NCBI RefSeq assembly: GCF_018350175.1
Contig: NC_058368.1
Span: 160,830,001 to 160,894,000, forward strand
Direction: 5' to 3'
Length of the DNA stretch: 64,000 nt
DNA from: Felis catus
Taxonomy: Eukaryota
Shown: positions 13,984 through 26,533 of the stretch, piece after piece
Layout: each line of letters begins with the position of its first letter
Numbering within the stretch: position 1 is the stretch's first letter
Position numbers and translations under genes: made by a program
Notes under the pieces: generated by a model
Databases searched by the model: none
What the model saw: only the letters and a program-made list of their open reading frames with translations
Told to the model about the DNA's origin: nothing

Positions 13984-14334
13984 AGATAATAGGTATTAAA
14001 TTACCCTTGGAGTCTTAGTTTTACTTAAGGAAATAAAAGGAAAAAGTGCAGATGCACAAAGAATGTTTTTCTTTAATGGGAAATTGTTTGTTTGTTTGTT
14101 TTAGTTTTATTTTATATATCTACCCATAACATAGCTGGTCAAAATAATCACTCTTTAAACTATTGTTTTAAAAATTCAATATTCTATTACTTTTAAACAT
14201 AGGAATGTCTTAGAAAATTACATAAACTAAGGTAGACAGTAAGTACAATAGAAAAACAGCCACTTGTTTTTGGGTTTTTTGTTTTGTTTTGTTTTCCCCA
14301 ACATGGACCCCAGTAATACTTCTCCAATTAGCAC

Positions 14335-14435
14335 AGGGTCTAATGTTGGGCAAGTGACACATTTCTTATACCAGAAGGTTTATATACAAATGAAGCTCTT
14401 GGATTAGGAGATATCCATGATCTTGTAAACTTTAA
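14335..14435 (+). mobile_element. Possible MIR remnant
   Basis: ttgggcaagtgac...tatacaaatgaag...ttggattaggagatatc resembles the MIR core. Confidence 0.45.
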
Positions 14436-15531
14436 ACCTCCCTACACAGTTTCCTATTTACTTTCTGCAGTGGTAAAAGTTAAAAGCCTCATAACCTTTC
14501 TATTTCTATGGTCAAAACTAATTGAAACAATCCATAAACACTTTCAAGTTGAAAACAACATCATTTATTGAAGCAGTGTAGTTCACTATTTGCAGTTTTT
14601 CTGATCTATCATAGATCCAATGAGACACTTGCCTAGGTGATATCAAAACTACATGTAGTGTTTTCTTACAAGTGACTCTGAGAGACTCCATTATACCACA
14701 ATACACCAGACTCTTACTAGACTCAAATAAAGACTATTTCCTAAACAAGGAACACTGGGACTTATTTTAATAAACTAAGTTCAGGCCTATTAGGAATTTA
14801 TGCTTAATTAGCTCAACTTAGGTGAACCCCCACCCCCATCCCTCTTCCTGCACTTAAAAATTCCTAATTGTACCACTTAGCAAACCATGCAATCACTTCC
14901 ATCATGGGTTTCCTTCTCTTGGAATTAATAGACCTAGTTTCATGCGTATGTTTTGTTGTTGTTCTTTGTTTTGTTTTGTTCTTACCTTCAGTAATCTTCT
15001 TACACTTTAACAGTATAAAGGAGCCACTCAGATTTCTTCAGAAGTTTCACTCACAAGTACTGTGCTACTTGTCAACAGAAAGTGAAAACATTAGCTCTCA
15101 TGGGTTCTTTTTTGCTCAGCTTAGTCTTCTGGTGGTCCCACACTGAGCGAGTCTTCTATAGAGAATTATAGTCTCCTGTGAGAGTTTAATTCATTAAGGC
15201 ATTTTTCATTTTTTCCCTTAAAATGTCTGTTTTGCTTAGTTTTCTTTTTGTCATTTTAGCAGGAGAAGAGAAACTAGTGCAGACTTTTTCAGAATTTGTG
15301 TTTTTCATCTGTAAAAGAAAATCTTTCTGTGTCTATTCTATGTGAAACACGGTACCGCCAAGTTTTAAACAAGTTTTTCATGCTTTTAAATAGAGTGTTA
15401 ATATGGTTTTACAAATATAGAAAGGGAGAAAATTGTATATGATATTTCAAGTAAAATGAATCATTTAAATTAGAGTATTTTGATAATATAATTTTGCCCT
15501 GGTTTTACCAGAGTATAAAAAGGTAAGTGTC

Positions 15532-15734
15532 AGGGTGCCTGGGTGGCTCAGTCGGTTAAGCAGCCAACTTCTGCTCAGGTCATGAACTCTTGGTTCATGA
15601 GTGAGAGCCCCGTATTGGGCTCTGTGCTGACAGCTCACAGCCTGGAGCCTGCTTTGGATTCTGTGTCTCCCTCTCTTTCTGCCCCTCCCTCTCCCCTCTC
15701 TTTCTCTCTCAAAATAAATGAACATTAAAAAAAA
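15532..15734 (+). mobile_element. CanSINE
   Basis: gggtgcctgggtggctcagtcggttaagc head; imperfect TSD aaaaaggtaagtgt / aaaaatgtaggtgt. Confidence 0.95.
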
Positions 15735-15901
15735 TGTAGGTGTAATCTAGGTTGTGCAATATTTACTGTCTTATAGAAAACATAAATAATCAAAACTTCC
15801 TATTCTCTATAACAAATTTACTAGGTTTAGGCTACTTTAATTTCATAGATGTTTAAGATTAACCTAAGGTTATATTAACAGTGAAAACTGTAAATTATGA
15901 A

Positions 15902-15950
15902 CATTTGAAACAATTTGAAATAAATTGAAACAATTGAAACAAATTGAATT
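15902..15950. repeat. Short tandem repeat, about 9-10-bp unit (a)attgaaac, about 5 copies
   Basis: atttgaaacaatttgaaataaattgaaacaattgaaacaaattgaatt. Confidence 0.75.
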
Positions 15951-16079
15951 ATAATATCCAGTATCTTCACAAATTATTATTTCTGGTAGCTTCAGACATG
16001 GTAAAATTTACATGAAACTACAGAGTTTCCTTAATAGAATTACTTAGACCAAATGCCATATTCTGTAGGATGGTTTTTA

Positions 16080-16325
16080 TTTTATTTTTTTTTAATTTTT
16101 TTTTTCAACGTTTATTTATTTTTGGGACAGAGAGAGAGCATAAACGGGGGAGGGGCAGAGAGAGAGGGAGACACAGAATCAGAAACAGGCTCCAGGCTCC
16201 GAGCCATCAGCCCAGAGCCCGACGCAGGGCTCGAACTCACGGACGCAGGGCTCGAACTCACGGACCACGAGATCGTGACCTGGCTGAAGTCGGACGCTTA
16301 ACCGACTGCGCCACCCAGGCACCCC
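16080..16325 (-). mobile_element. Young felid CanSINE with an internal 21-bp tandem duplication
   Basis: Perfect 17-bp TSD ctgtaggatggttttta at 16063-16079 and 16325-16341. Confidence 0.96.
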
Positions 16326-17112
16326 TGTAGGATGGTTTTTAAATCAGTGCTAAATGAATTGTTCTTTAGGGATACCTTAAATCTAATTTCTGAGATACCT
16401 ATTTGGCTTTGAAAATCTGAGAGATCTTATTGATTGGATGGTTTTAATTAAGAAGAAATGCAATAAAATCAAATTCCTAAGATGGAGAGAATAAGCATTT
16501 AGATTTATGCAATCGCTATTTATTATATTCTTTCTTATATCTTAAGTACTTTGTTCTTTTTTATTTTTAAATTTATCTTTTTTTTTGTTATAAGAACACT
16601 TATCCTGAGATCTACCTTTCTAACAATGTTTTGAGTGTATAATGTAGTAAGTACTGTTGACTATAGACACAATGTTTTATGGCTTATCTTTAGAATTTAC
16701 TCATCTTGCATAAGTAAAATTTTATACCCAATGAACAGCAACTCCCAAACACCCCCTCCCCCCATAGCAACCACCGTTCTATGATCTATGATTCTATTTT
16801 AGGCATCTCATATAAGTTTGAATCATAGTTTTCTGTGACTGGCTAATTTCACGTAGCGTAATGTCCTCCAGGTTAATACATGTTGTTGCATATGACAGGA
16901 TTTTCTTTTTAAGGCTGATTAATATTCTGATTGTATGTATATATCCAAGATTCTTTAGCCATGCAGCTCTTGAAGAACCTTCAGGTTGTTGCCATATGTT
17001 GGATAGTATGGATAATGCAATGAACCTGAGAGTGCATAAATCTCTTTGAAATCTTGACTTCAATTATTTTGGATATATATCCAAAATTGACATTTCTGGT
17101 TCATATGATCTG

Positions 17113-17341
17113 TTTTTATTTTATTTCTTAAAAGTTTTTCTTTTTTAATGTTTATTTATTTTTGAGAGACAGAGTGTGAGCAGTAGAGGGGCAGAGAGAG
17201 ACGGGGAGACACAGGACAAGAAGCAGGCTCCAGGCTCTGAACTGTCAGCACAGAGCCCAACACAGGACTAGAACCCACAAACTGTGAGATCATGACCTGA
17301 GTGAAGTCAGAGTCTTACCAAATGAGCCACCCAGGCACCCC
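17113..17341 (-). mobile_element. CanSINE nested in the L1
   Basis: TSD tatgatctg at 17104 and 17344. Confidence 0.93.
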
Positions 17342-17994
17342 AGTATGATCTGGTTTTAATCTTTTTAGGAAGCCCCATATTATTTTCCATAGTGCTAAAC
17401 CATTTTACATTTCCACCAAAAGAGCATAAGGGTTGCCTTCTCTTCACATCTTTGCCAACTGTTCTGGTCTTTTTCATAATAGCCATCTTAACAGGTGTGA
17501 GGTGATATCTCATTACGGTTTTTATTTGCATTTCCCTCATGAAGAGTGATGTTGAGCACTTTTTCATATACTTGTTACCTGTTTGTATGTCCTCTTTGGA
17601 AAAATGTCTATTCAGTTCCTCTGCCCATTTCTAATCAGATTATTTGTGGGGTTTGTTTTGCTATTGAGTTGTATGAGTTCTTAATATATTTTCAATATTG
17701 ACACTTTATTAGATACCATTTGGAAATATTTTCTCCCCTTCTATAGGTTGCCTTTTCTTTTTGTTGGCCATTTCCTTTGCTTTGCAGAAACTTTTCAGTA
17801 TGATGTAGTCCCACTTGTTTATTTTTGCTTTTGTTGCCTTTGCTTTTGTTGTCAAACCCAAGATTAATCATTAATACTGACATTAAGGAGTTTCCTTCTA
17901 GGAGTTTTATGGTTTCAGGTTTCACATTCAAATCTTTAATCCACTTTGAGTGATTTCTGTGTATGGTGTATTATAGTGGTCCAGTTTCATTCTT

Positions 17995-18176
17995 CTTCTT
18001 CTTTTTTTTCTTTTTTTTTTTTTTACAGTTTATTTATTTATTTTGAGAGAGAGAGAGAGAGTGAGCAAACAGGGGAGCAGCAGAGAGAGAATCTCTGACA
18101 TCACAGGGCTCAGGGCTCAATCTCATGAACTATGAGATCAAGAGTCACTTACCTGACTGAGCCACCTAGACATGCC
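17995..18176 (-). mobile_element. Internally deleted, degenerate CanSINE nested in the L1
   Basis: Poly-T, (GA)n, actgagccacctagacatgcc; imperfect TSD ccagtttcattctt / ctaggttcattctt. Confidence 0.85.
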
Positions 18177-18363
18177 TAGGTTCATTCTTTTGATGGGGCT
18201 GTCCACATTTCCCAACACCATTTATTGAACACTATTTTTCCTCATTGTGTATTCTTGGCTACTTTGTAGTAAATTAATTGACCAAATATTCCTAGGTTTA
18301 TTTCTGGGCCTTCTATTATGTTACTTTGATCTATGTGTCTGCTTTTATCCTTATAACATACTG

Positions 18364-18786
18364 TTTTTTTTTTTTTTTTATATATGAAATTTATTGACAA
18401 ATTGGTTTCCATACAACACCCAGTGCTCATCCCAAAAGGTGCCCTCCTCAATAACCATCACCCACCCTCTCCTCCCTCCCACCCCCCATCAACCCTCAGT
18501 TTGTTCTCAGTTTTTAACAGTCTCTTATGCTTTGGCTCTCTCCCACTCTAACCTCTTTTTTTTTTTTTTTTCCTTCCCCTCCCCCGTGGGTTCCTGTTAA
18601 GTTTCTCAGGATCCACATAAGAGTGAAACCATATGGTATCTGTCTTTCTCTGTATGGCTTATTTCACTTAGCATCACACTCTCCAGTTCCATCCACGTTG
18701 CTACAAAAGGCCATATTTCATTTTTTCTCATTGCCACGTAGTATTCCATTGTGTATATAAACCACAATTTCTTTATCCATTCATCA
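18364..18786 (-). mobile_element. Young 5'-truncated felid L1 (L1_Fc-like 3' end) nested in the older L1
   Basis: Poly-T then tatatgaaatttattgacaaattggtttccatacaacacccagtgctcatcc. Uninterrupted ORF2 C-terminus DEWIKKLWFIYTMEYY...WPFVATWMELESVMLSEISHTEKDRYHMVSLLCGS. The host L1 resumes at about 18787. Confidence 0.93.
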
Positions 18787-19124
18787 GTTTTGTTCATTAT
18801 AGCTTTGTAATGTAGCTTGAAGTCAGGAAGCATGATGCCTTCACCGTTTACCTTTCTCAAGATGGCTCTGATTATTCAGGATCTTTTGTGGTTCCATACA
18901 AATACTAGGATTATTTTTTGTATTTATGTGAAAAATGCTGTTGGAGTTTTTTTTTTTTTTTTTATCAGGATTGGATTGAATATGTAGACTGATTAGGATA
19001 GTATTGACATTTTCACAGTATGAATTCTTCTAATATATGAGCAGTATAACTGCTGATGCTTTAGGCTGAGGCCTCAAATAATTCACAAGCTGAGTGACAG
19101 TATAGTTTTCTTATGTATATGAAT

Positions 19125-19995
19125 GGTTTTAAGATAATTTCCAATGACTTATTTTTGGATTCACTGATTGTTCATCTATTCAATCAAGTCTGTGGTTGAA
19201 GCTTTCCACTGAATTTTTCAATACAGTTATTGTATTTTTCAGTTTCAGAATTTGGTTTATTTATGTTTTTTCTTTGTTGACAGTCTTATTTTGTTCATGC
19301 ATCAGTATCCTTGATTTTGTTTAGTTGTCCATCTGTGTTCTCTTGTAGTTCACTATTAAGAAGATTATTTTGCATTATTTTTTAGGCAATTCGTAAATAT
19401 CCATTTCTTTAGAGTAGGTTACTGGGAATTTATTTTGTTCCTTAGGCTGTGTCATATTCCCTTTATTCTTCAAGTTCCTTGCTTTGCATTGGTGTCTGTG
19501 CATTTGAAGAGACAGCCATCTTTCTTGGACTTTATGGATTTTCTCTAACAGGGAAAAAGCTTGACCATTCAACATGACTAGAAATTTTTGGAAACTCTCA
19601 AACCTTTTCTATGCATGTATATACTGTACTCTTTCCTTCCCTTTGGAGAAGTCTCCTTAACTTACAAGCCATGGTAGCCACAGGAGGCAACCTGCCCATT
19701 TTCCCCGGTGCCAGGGACTCCAAGTCCACAACATTGGAAGCCCATTCCTCTCTTCTCCTGGGGAGGTCTCAGGGTTGTGTGACTATCCATAGTCTCTCAG
19801 AACTGTGCCACCTACCATAAGCTAACATTCTTTTCCCTTGTTCTTAGCTGCCCACAGACTGTGCTCCTATGACATAAGACAGAAACAAATACCTCAGGCC
19901 AAAGTGATCTCTCTCAGTACTGAGTACTGGAAAAGATAACATACATGTACAAAAATAAATAAATCTTTGTGGTATTTCATACTGGTTTTCCTTTC
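19125..19995 (-). mobile_element. Old L1 5' UTR and ORF1 N-terminal fragment
   Basis: ORF 19375-19575 KNKGNMTQPKEQNKFPVTYSKEMDIYELP resembles the L1M ORF1 start. Confidence 0.8.
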
Positions 19996-20104
19996 ACCAC
20001 TGCAAATTTTAAAAAGTAAATTAATTAAAATAAAAAAACCCTTTTAGGTAGAATTCACTGACTATAAATAGTTCTCTGTTTTTTTTCTCAGATTTACTAT
20101 ATCC

Positions 20105-21083
20105 ATTTTTAATAGACTATTTTTAAAGTAGTTTTAGTTTCACAGTAATGCTGATTAAAAAGTATACATAATTCCCACATACCACCTGCTCCAACACATG
20201 CATAGCCTCCTCCATTAACAACATCCCCCATCTGAGCCAGCACATTTATTATAATCAATGAACCTACATTGAAACATTGTCACTCAAAGTTTATAGTTTA
20301 CCTTAGGGTTCACTCTTGGTGTTGTACATCTGTGGATTTGACAGATGTATACTAACATATATCCATCATTAGGGTATCATACAGAATGGTTTCACTGCCC
20401 TAAAAATTCTCTGTGTTCCACCTATTCATCTGTCCCTCCCTACAACCTGTGGTAACCATTGACCCTTTCACTATCTTCATAGTTTTGCCTTTTCTAAAAC
20501 AACACACAGGTGAAATCATATAGTATGTAGCCTTTTCAGATTGGTTTATTTCATTTAATAATATACATCTAAAGTTTCTCCCTGTCTTTCATGATTTAGT
20601 AGCCTGTTCCTTATTAGCATTAAATAACATTCCATTGTCTGGATGTACCACAGTTTATTTCTCCATTCGCCTATTGAAGGAAATCTTTTTCCTTTTCTTA
20701 CTTTTGTAAGAAATAGCTAAACTGTCTCCCAAAGTGGTTGTACAATTTTGTATTCCCACCAGCAATGAATGGGAGTTCCTGTTGCTCCACGTCCTATTTG
20801 GTGTTGTCAGTGTTTTATCAGTTTTTGCTATGTGTGTAGAATTATTTCATGGTTTTAATTCACAATTCTCTATGTGCCTATGATGATGAGCATCTTTTCA
20901 TATGCTTATTTCTCATAAGTAACATGTCTGTTCAGGTCTTTTGTTAATTTTTTAATTGGTTTATTAACTTTTTTATTGTTCATTTTAAAGCATTCTTTGT
21001 AAATTTGGATAAGTGTCCTTTGTCAGAAATATTTTTGTAAATATTTTCTCCAAGCCTGTAGTTTGTCTTCTCATTCTCTTGAC
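20105..21083 (-). mobile_element. L1MC-like 3' end
   Basis: aatgaacctacattg...tagtttaccttagggttcactcttggtgttgtacat resembles the L1MC1/2 3' UTR and continues into antisense ORF2-end sequence. Confidence 0.85.
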
Positions 21084-21194
21084 TTGTATCCAATTCTCAC
21101 CTTTATTAAAGCTGGGCATACTGGAGCCACATGTCAATCAGGGTTATATAAAAGACTTGGCTAATGTCTGTTCATTCTAGAATATTAATGTTAG

Positions 21195-21350
21195 TGTCAG
21201 ATATGGTTCAATTCTAGTCCCATATCTCCTACTTACGAAATGTGTAACCTTCAGATTTTACTATTAAAACCTTTTAACATTTATCTCATCAAATGATTTT
21301 TAATGAGAATGAAATAGCATATGTGTTATCAAAGCTTTGTCACAGAACGT
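21195..21350 (+). mobile_element. Possible MIR remnant
   Basis: ggttcaattctag...ctacttacgaaatgtgtaacctt...atctcatc...aatgagaatgaaatagcatatgtg. Confidence 0.5.
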
Positions 21351-21900
21351 AAAGAATAGAATCTATGCAGATACATAAACTAATGGTATGGTGTTAAAAG
21401 GATAGATGAGGAATTAATTAAACAGTGCAATCGTAGCTGGTGCTCACTCAGATCTCATAGAGACTGTAATACTGTTCAGGAACCATATGATCATTTAGGA
21501 GACAGTACAGCCATGTGGCCATGGTTCATTTATTGCTTCCTTAGCAATAGCTATACATGATTTGCTATTCTAGTGCTTCTTCTGCATTCTTTGTTTGTAT
21601 TGTTCAGCTCTGGATCTTGCCACTGCCTTTACTCTATTTCTGCATGTTTTATGCAAAACTCTTCAAGACAGGACTGATTAGTTTGGTTGGAAGAACACAT
21701 ATACCAGCATTATTATTAAACTCCTGACTCACTGTATGGTTTGATGGCTTTGGGCCAGATATATTTTCCATGCCCAGTCAGCTGTTGCAAGAATAACTGA
21801 GCCCTATGCTCTTGAAGAAAACACTCTTAACTTTCTAAAAATTCACTATATACATATACATATATATATAAATATATACACATATATATATTTATATATA

Positions 21901-22226
21901 TATTTAGTATATATACTATATATACACAATGTGGAGTTGTAGGCATGGTTCAACTAATAGTGTCATGAAAAATACTAAAAAAAAAATCTGTGTCATTGTC
22001 TTTTGTATACAAAACTAAAATGCTAATATCTATCAATCTATTTCTTTGCTTATTTTGTGAAATTTGAGGTTTTCTTATCCAGTAAACTGTTACCAGTTGT
22101 AAAAAAATATCTACAAAAATATATCTGACAAAGGACAAAAATATATCTGACAAAGGACAATTATCCAAATTTACAAAGAATGCTTTAAAATGGACAATAA
22201 AAAAGTGAATAAACCATGTTACCATG
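21901..22226. repeat. Composite inverted templated insertion (copies of 23582-23772 and 20957-21047)
   Basis: Reverse-complement identity read directly; detailed in findings. Confidence 0.93.
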
Positions 22227-22242
22227 GTTGCCAGAGATTGAT

Positions 22243-22255
22243 CTATCTATATCCA

Positions 22256-22286
<31 letters not shown>

Positions 22287-22331
22287 TTATATTTATATTT
22301 ATATTTATATTTATATTTATATTTATATTTT
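22243..22331. repeat. (TA)n / (TATATT)n microsatellite
   Basis: Read directly. A second TA-rich tract lies at 21847-21902. Confidence 0.95.
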
Positions 22332-22385
22332 TCAAATATATAAAATGTATATACAAAATTTAATATTTTGTACCACTATACCTCT

Positions 22386-22540
22386 ATCCTCTCCCCTCCC
22401 CTCCCCTCCCCTCCCCTCCCATCCCATCCCAAGAGAGGGAGGAGGGGAGAGGGGCAGAGGGAAAGAGAATTCACCTGAGTTGAATCATGACCTGAGCTGA
22501 AATCTAGAGTCAACTGTTCAACTGAGCCACCCAGGTGCCT
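22386..22540 (-). mobile_element. Internally deleted CanSINE with an atypical (CCCCT)n tail
   Basis: 12-bp TSD cactatacctct at 22374-22385 and 22541-22552; SINE head actgagccacccaggtgcct. Confidence 0.85.
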
Positions 22541-22719
22541 CACTATACCTCTTAATCACTGAATTTCAACCATGCTGATTTTATATCTGAAATTAGAAAA
22601 CGTGTCTCTTCCACAGGGGCTTTGTCTCTTTTTTTTTCTGGGAGCATTCTTTCTAGATATTTTAAAGTTGATTTCATCTAGTAATTTCAGATTCAGCTTA
22701 AACATACTTCCTAAAGCAT

Positions 22720-22945
22720 TAGACTTTCCCTGGCCAACCATCTACGGTCACTCCCTATTCAATTACCAGGTTTTATTTTCTCTACGTTATATATCCATCT
22801 AAAATTGCTTTACTTTTCTATTTGTTATTGTACTGGAATATATGCACCATTAAGGCCTGGATTATGTCTGCTTTGTCACCCTGAATCACTAGCATCACAC
22901 AATGGCTAGGACAGAGTAGATGCTTACTGGATGATATGAATATAC
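22720..22945 (+). mobile_element. L2 3' end remnant
   Basis: tatgtctgctttgtcaccctgaatcactagcatcacacaatggctaggacagagtagatgct. Confidence 0.7.
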
Positions 22946-23292
22946 TAATGGCTTATTAGCAGAGATTTAGAACAATATTCCCCTCAATCAGGTAAGGTAT
23001 ATCAAACACCTTGACACTACCCTGTATAAAAAGTGGTGTTGACAAATGCTCCCCAAAATTTAATATATGAAAATGCCTTTTTTTTAATTTCCTAAGACAG
23101 GACTTATATATATTCCATCAATGTGTGGAAGCTTCATTTGCTGTTTGGTTTTCCAAGCATTTTTAATGCTCTCAAGACCCTGAAATTCTGCTAGTGTTGG
23201 AGTGGGAGTACCTCACAAACCATTGCAGTGATGCTATAGTCTCCCCAAAGCTTAGATTCTATGCTCCAGGCAACAAAAAAACACAATAGTGT

Positions 23293-23475
23293 GGGGGTGC
23301 CTGGATGGCTCAGTTCGTTGAATGTCCGACTCTTGATTTCATCTCAGGTCATGATCCCAGGGCTATGCCATCAAGCCCTGTGTTGGGTTCTCTGCTGAAC
23401 ATGGAGCCTGCTTGGGATTCTCTCTCTCCCTTCCTCTCTGCCCCTCCCCTGCTCATTCTTTCTAAAAAGTTAAAC
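23293..23475 (+). mobile_element. CanSINE followed by (CA)n
   Basis: gggggtgcctggatggctcagttcgttg...ggagcctgcttgggattctctctc. Confidence 0.93.
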
Positions 23476-24109
23476 ACACACACACAGAGACACATACACA
23501 CACACATACACCATAATTTGCTTTAATTTTCTGAAGTCTGGAGAGATCGGTTTCCTTTTAAAGTTCCCATAGCTTGCCACATGGTAACAGTTTACTGGGT
23601 AAGAAAACCTCAAATTTCACAAAATAAGCAAAGAAATAGATTGATAGATATTAGCATTTTAGTTTTATATACAAAAGACAATGACACAGGTTTTTTAGTA
23701 TTTTTCATGACACTATTAGTTGAACCATGCCTACAACTCCACATTGTGTATATATAGTATATATACTAAATAAAGTAAAAAACAGAATGAGGGGAAGCAC
23801 AGAAAGAAATGAAAGAAATGAAGTTAAAACTTTGTATATTTTTCTTAGAGATTTTTAACATTAAGTATTAAATTGCAAAAACATAAAACATATTTATTTC
23901 TTTTTAGTTTTCTCTGCTAACCAGCAGAACCAAAATGTGAGATCACTTTACCTGTTCCTGTGATTCTTAATGTAGACTATTTTATAAGATTAGTTTGCAC
24001 AGGAAGATTCCTGAAAATATTTTTTCACACAGCCAAGATCAAGTCTTACTGGCAAAGTAATGGAGGTGCATTTCTGTATTAACAGGTTTTGTTGCCAGAG
24101 ATCTTGTTT

Positions 24110-24528
<419 letters not shown>

Positions 24529-25644
24529 AAAGATCTTGTTTCTAATGCAGGCATCAAAGAAAAGAATATGAACAAAGCAAATACCTTGTATAGAATTGTA
24601 GCAAAAAATGGTCCCTCAAAATCTGAAGACAATAGAAATGAATGCAAACAAAATGTGTAAACTTATTTGTAATGAATTTTTATCTGATATAAAGCCATAA
24701 TTCAAGAAGATAGAAGGTAATAGCCTGTACATTGCAATATCTATTGAAACAGTGTTGACATGAATTTCAGGTCCTGGTAGAAATTACAGAAGAAATTTTA
24801 ATATTATGCCCTTGGAATTAATATTAAAATTGACTCTTTGCTACACTGAAATCAATTTTTATTATTTCTCTAATGGTATCATTTTGGAATTATAAACAGG
24901 GAATTTAATAAGAATAAAAGGGATTAGTTTACATATGTATATAGTTGTATCTTTTATTGGTTTATATATAACTTGAAGGAAATTGGAAAAATATTTTAGA
25001 ACAATATCAATTGGGAGTACAAATAGCAAAATCCATTCTGGGTATATCAGTAAAATATGTTAGATTGTTCACAGATTCTTAGGGAGATCCAGAAAGTTGT
25101 AACTATGCCCAAATACACCCATTAACACAAATGACACCTGCATCTGGGTACCAGCATTTCTGTCACTATAGTCCATGAAGAATCAGGTCTTCATTACCAC
25201 ACTGATTGACACCAAACCCAAATCCTGTTCACTTGTATCTGACTGATGAAACCTGGGTCATAAACCTACACCTTAGATATAGAGAAGTCTGCCATTATAT
25301 TATCGGCCTTTTGTAATGGAAAATCAAGACATCAAATACAAGGAGTTATTACAACATTCCCAATGTTATGAAAGCACAAATAACAAATATATACTATAAA
25401 ATCATTCCAGAGTTTATTAACAAAACTGCTTCTTACAAGAGATAATTTAGATTTAGATATGATGACTTGAGTTCAAGGAAAGATTTCTGAAACTGAGTTC
25501 AGCTTTCTGGCCAAATGTGACATGTAGAGTTGTCCTCATTATCAGGATTAGAACTGAGTTATAACTTTCTTAAGTCCTGATACACTAATTCCCTGGAGTA
25601 ATTCTAATTTCCCTAAAGAGCCCTCAAAACTTAAGCTTTTCACT

Positions 25645-26460
25645 TCAAACCCGCTAGAATGGCTAGAATAAAAAATCAGATAATAAGTATTGGCAAGGAT
25701 GTGAAGAAGTGTAAATCTAATATAGTGCACACAGGAAAGTAAAATCATGAAGACACTTTGAATGATGGTCAGGCAATTTCTCAAATAGTTAAACACAGAG
25801 TTAATATCCAAGAAATTCTAAGTTATGTATTCAAGAGAACTGAAATATATGTCTACACAAAACTTGCACATGAATGTTTATAGCAGTATCATTTGAAATA
25901 GGCAAAAAGTGGAAATGTCCCCAAACTAATAAATGGATAAAAATATAGTATATCAAAACAATGGAATATTATTTGGTCATAACAGTGCTACATGCTACAA
26001 CATGGATGATCTTTGAAAACATTATGGTAGGCAAAAAAAAAAAAAGTTACAAAAGAGCACGTATTTATTTATTTATTTATAATTTTTTTTTAACATTTAT
26101 TTATTTTTGACACAGAGAGAGAGCATGAACAGGGGAGGGTCAGAGAAAGAGGGAGACACAGAATCTGAAATAGGCTCCAGGCTCTAAGCTGTCAGCACAG
26201 AGTCCGATGCAGGGCTCGAACCCACGGACCGTGAGATCATGACCTGAGCCGAAGTCGGACGCTTAACCGACTGAGCCACCCAGGCGCCCCAAGAGCACAT
26301 ATTTATAATTCCATTTATATGTAATGTCCAGAACTAGGAAAATCTATAGAGGATCTAATATATAACATGTTGACTATAGTTGATAACACTGTATTGTATA
26401 ATTGAAATTTTCTAAGAAAGAACATAAATATTTTCACAAAAACAAAGATAATAAATGTAT
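25645..26460 (+). mobile_element. Old L1 (L1MB/ME-type) ORF2-end and 3' UTR fragments
   Basis: tagaatggctagaataaaaaatcagataataagtattggcaaggatgtg...acatgctacaacatggatga. Confidence 0.8.
26068..26290 (-). mobile_element. Felid CanSINE nested in the L1
   Basis: TSD aagagcac(g/a)tattta at 26053-26067 and 26291-26305. Confidence 0.95.
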
Positions 26461-26484
26461 GTATGAGTGTGTATGTGCATATAC

Positions 26485-26533
<49 letters not shown>

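Larger units (their letters stand above)
16575..19040 (-). mobile_element. Degenerate LINE-1 (L1MA8/9-like), 3' UTR and ORF2 C-terminus, with three nested insertions
   Basis: Minus-strand ORFs [29 protein letters not shown] and NVKPETIKLLE; L1MA-type 3' end at about 16585. Confidence 0.92.
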
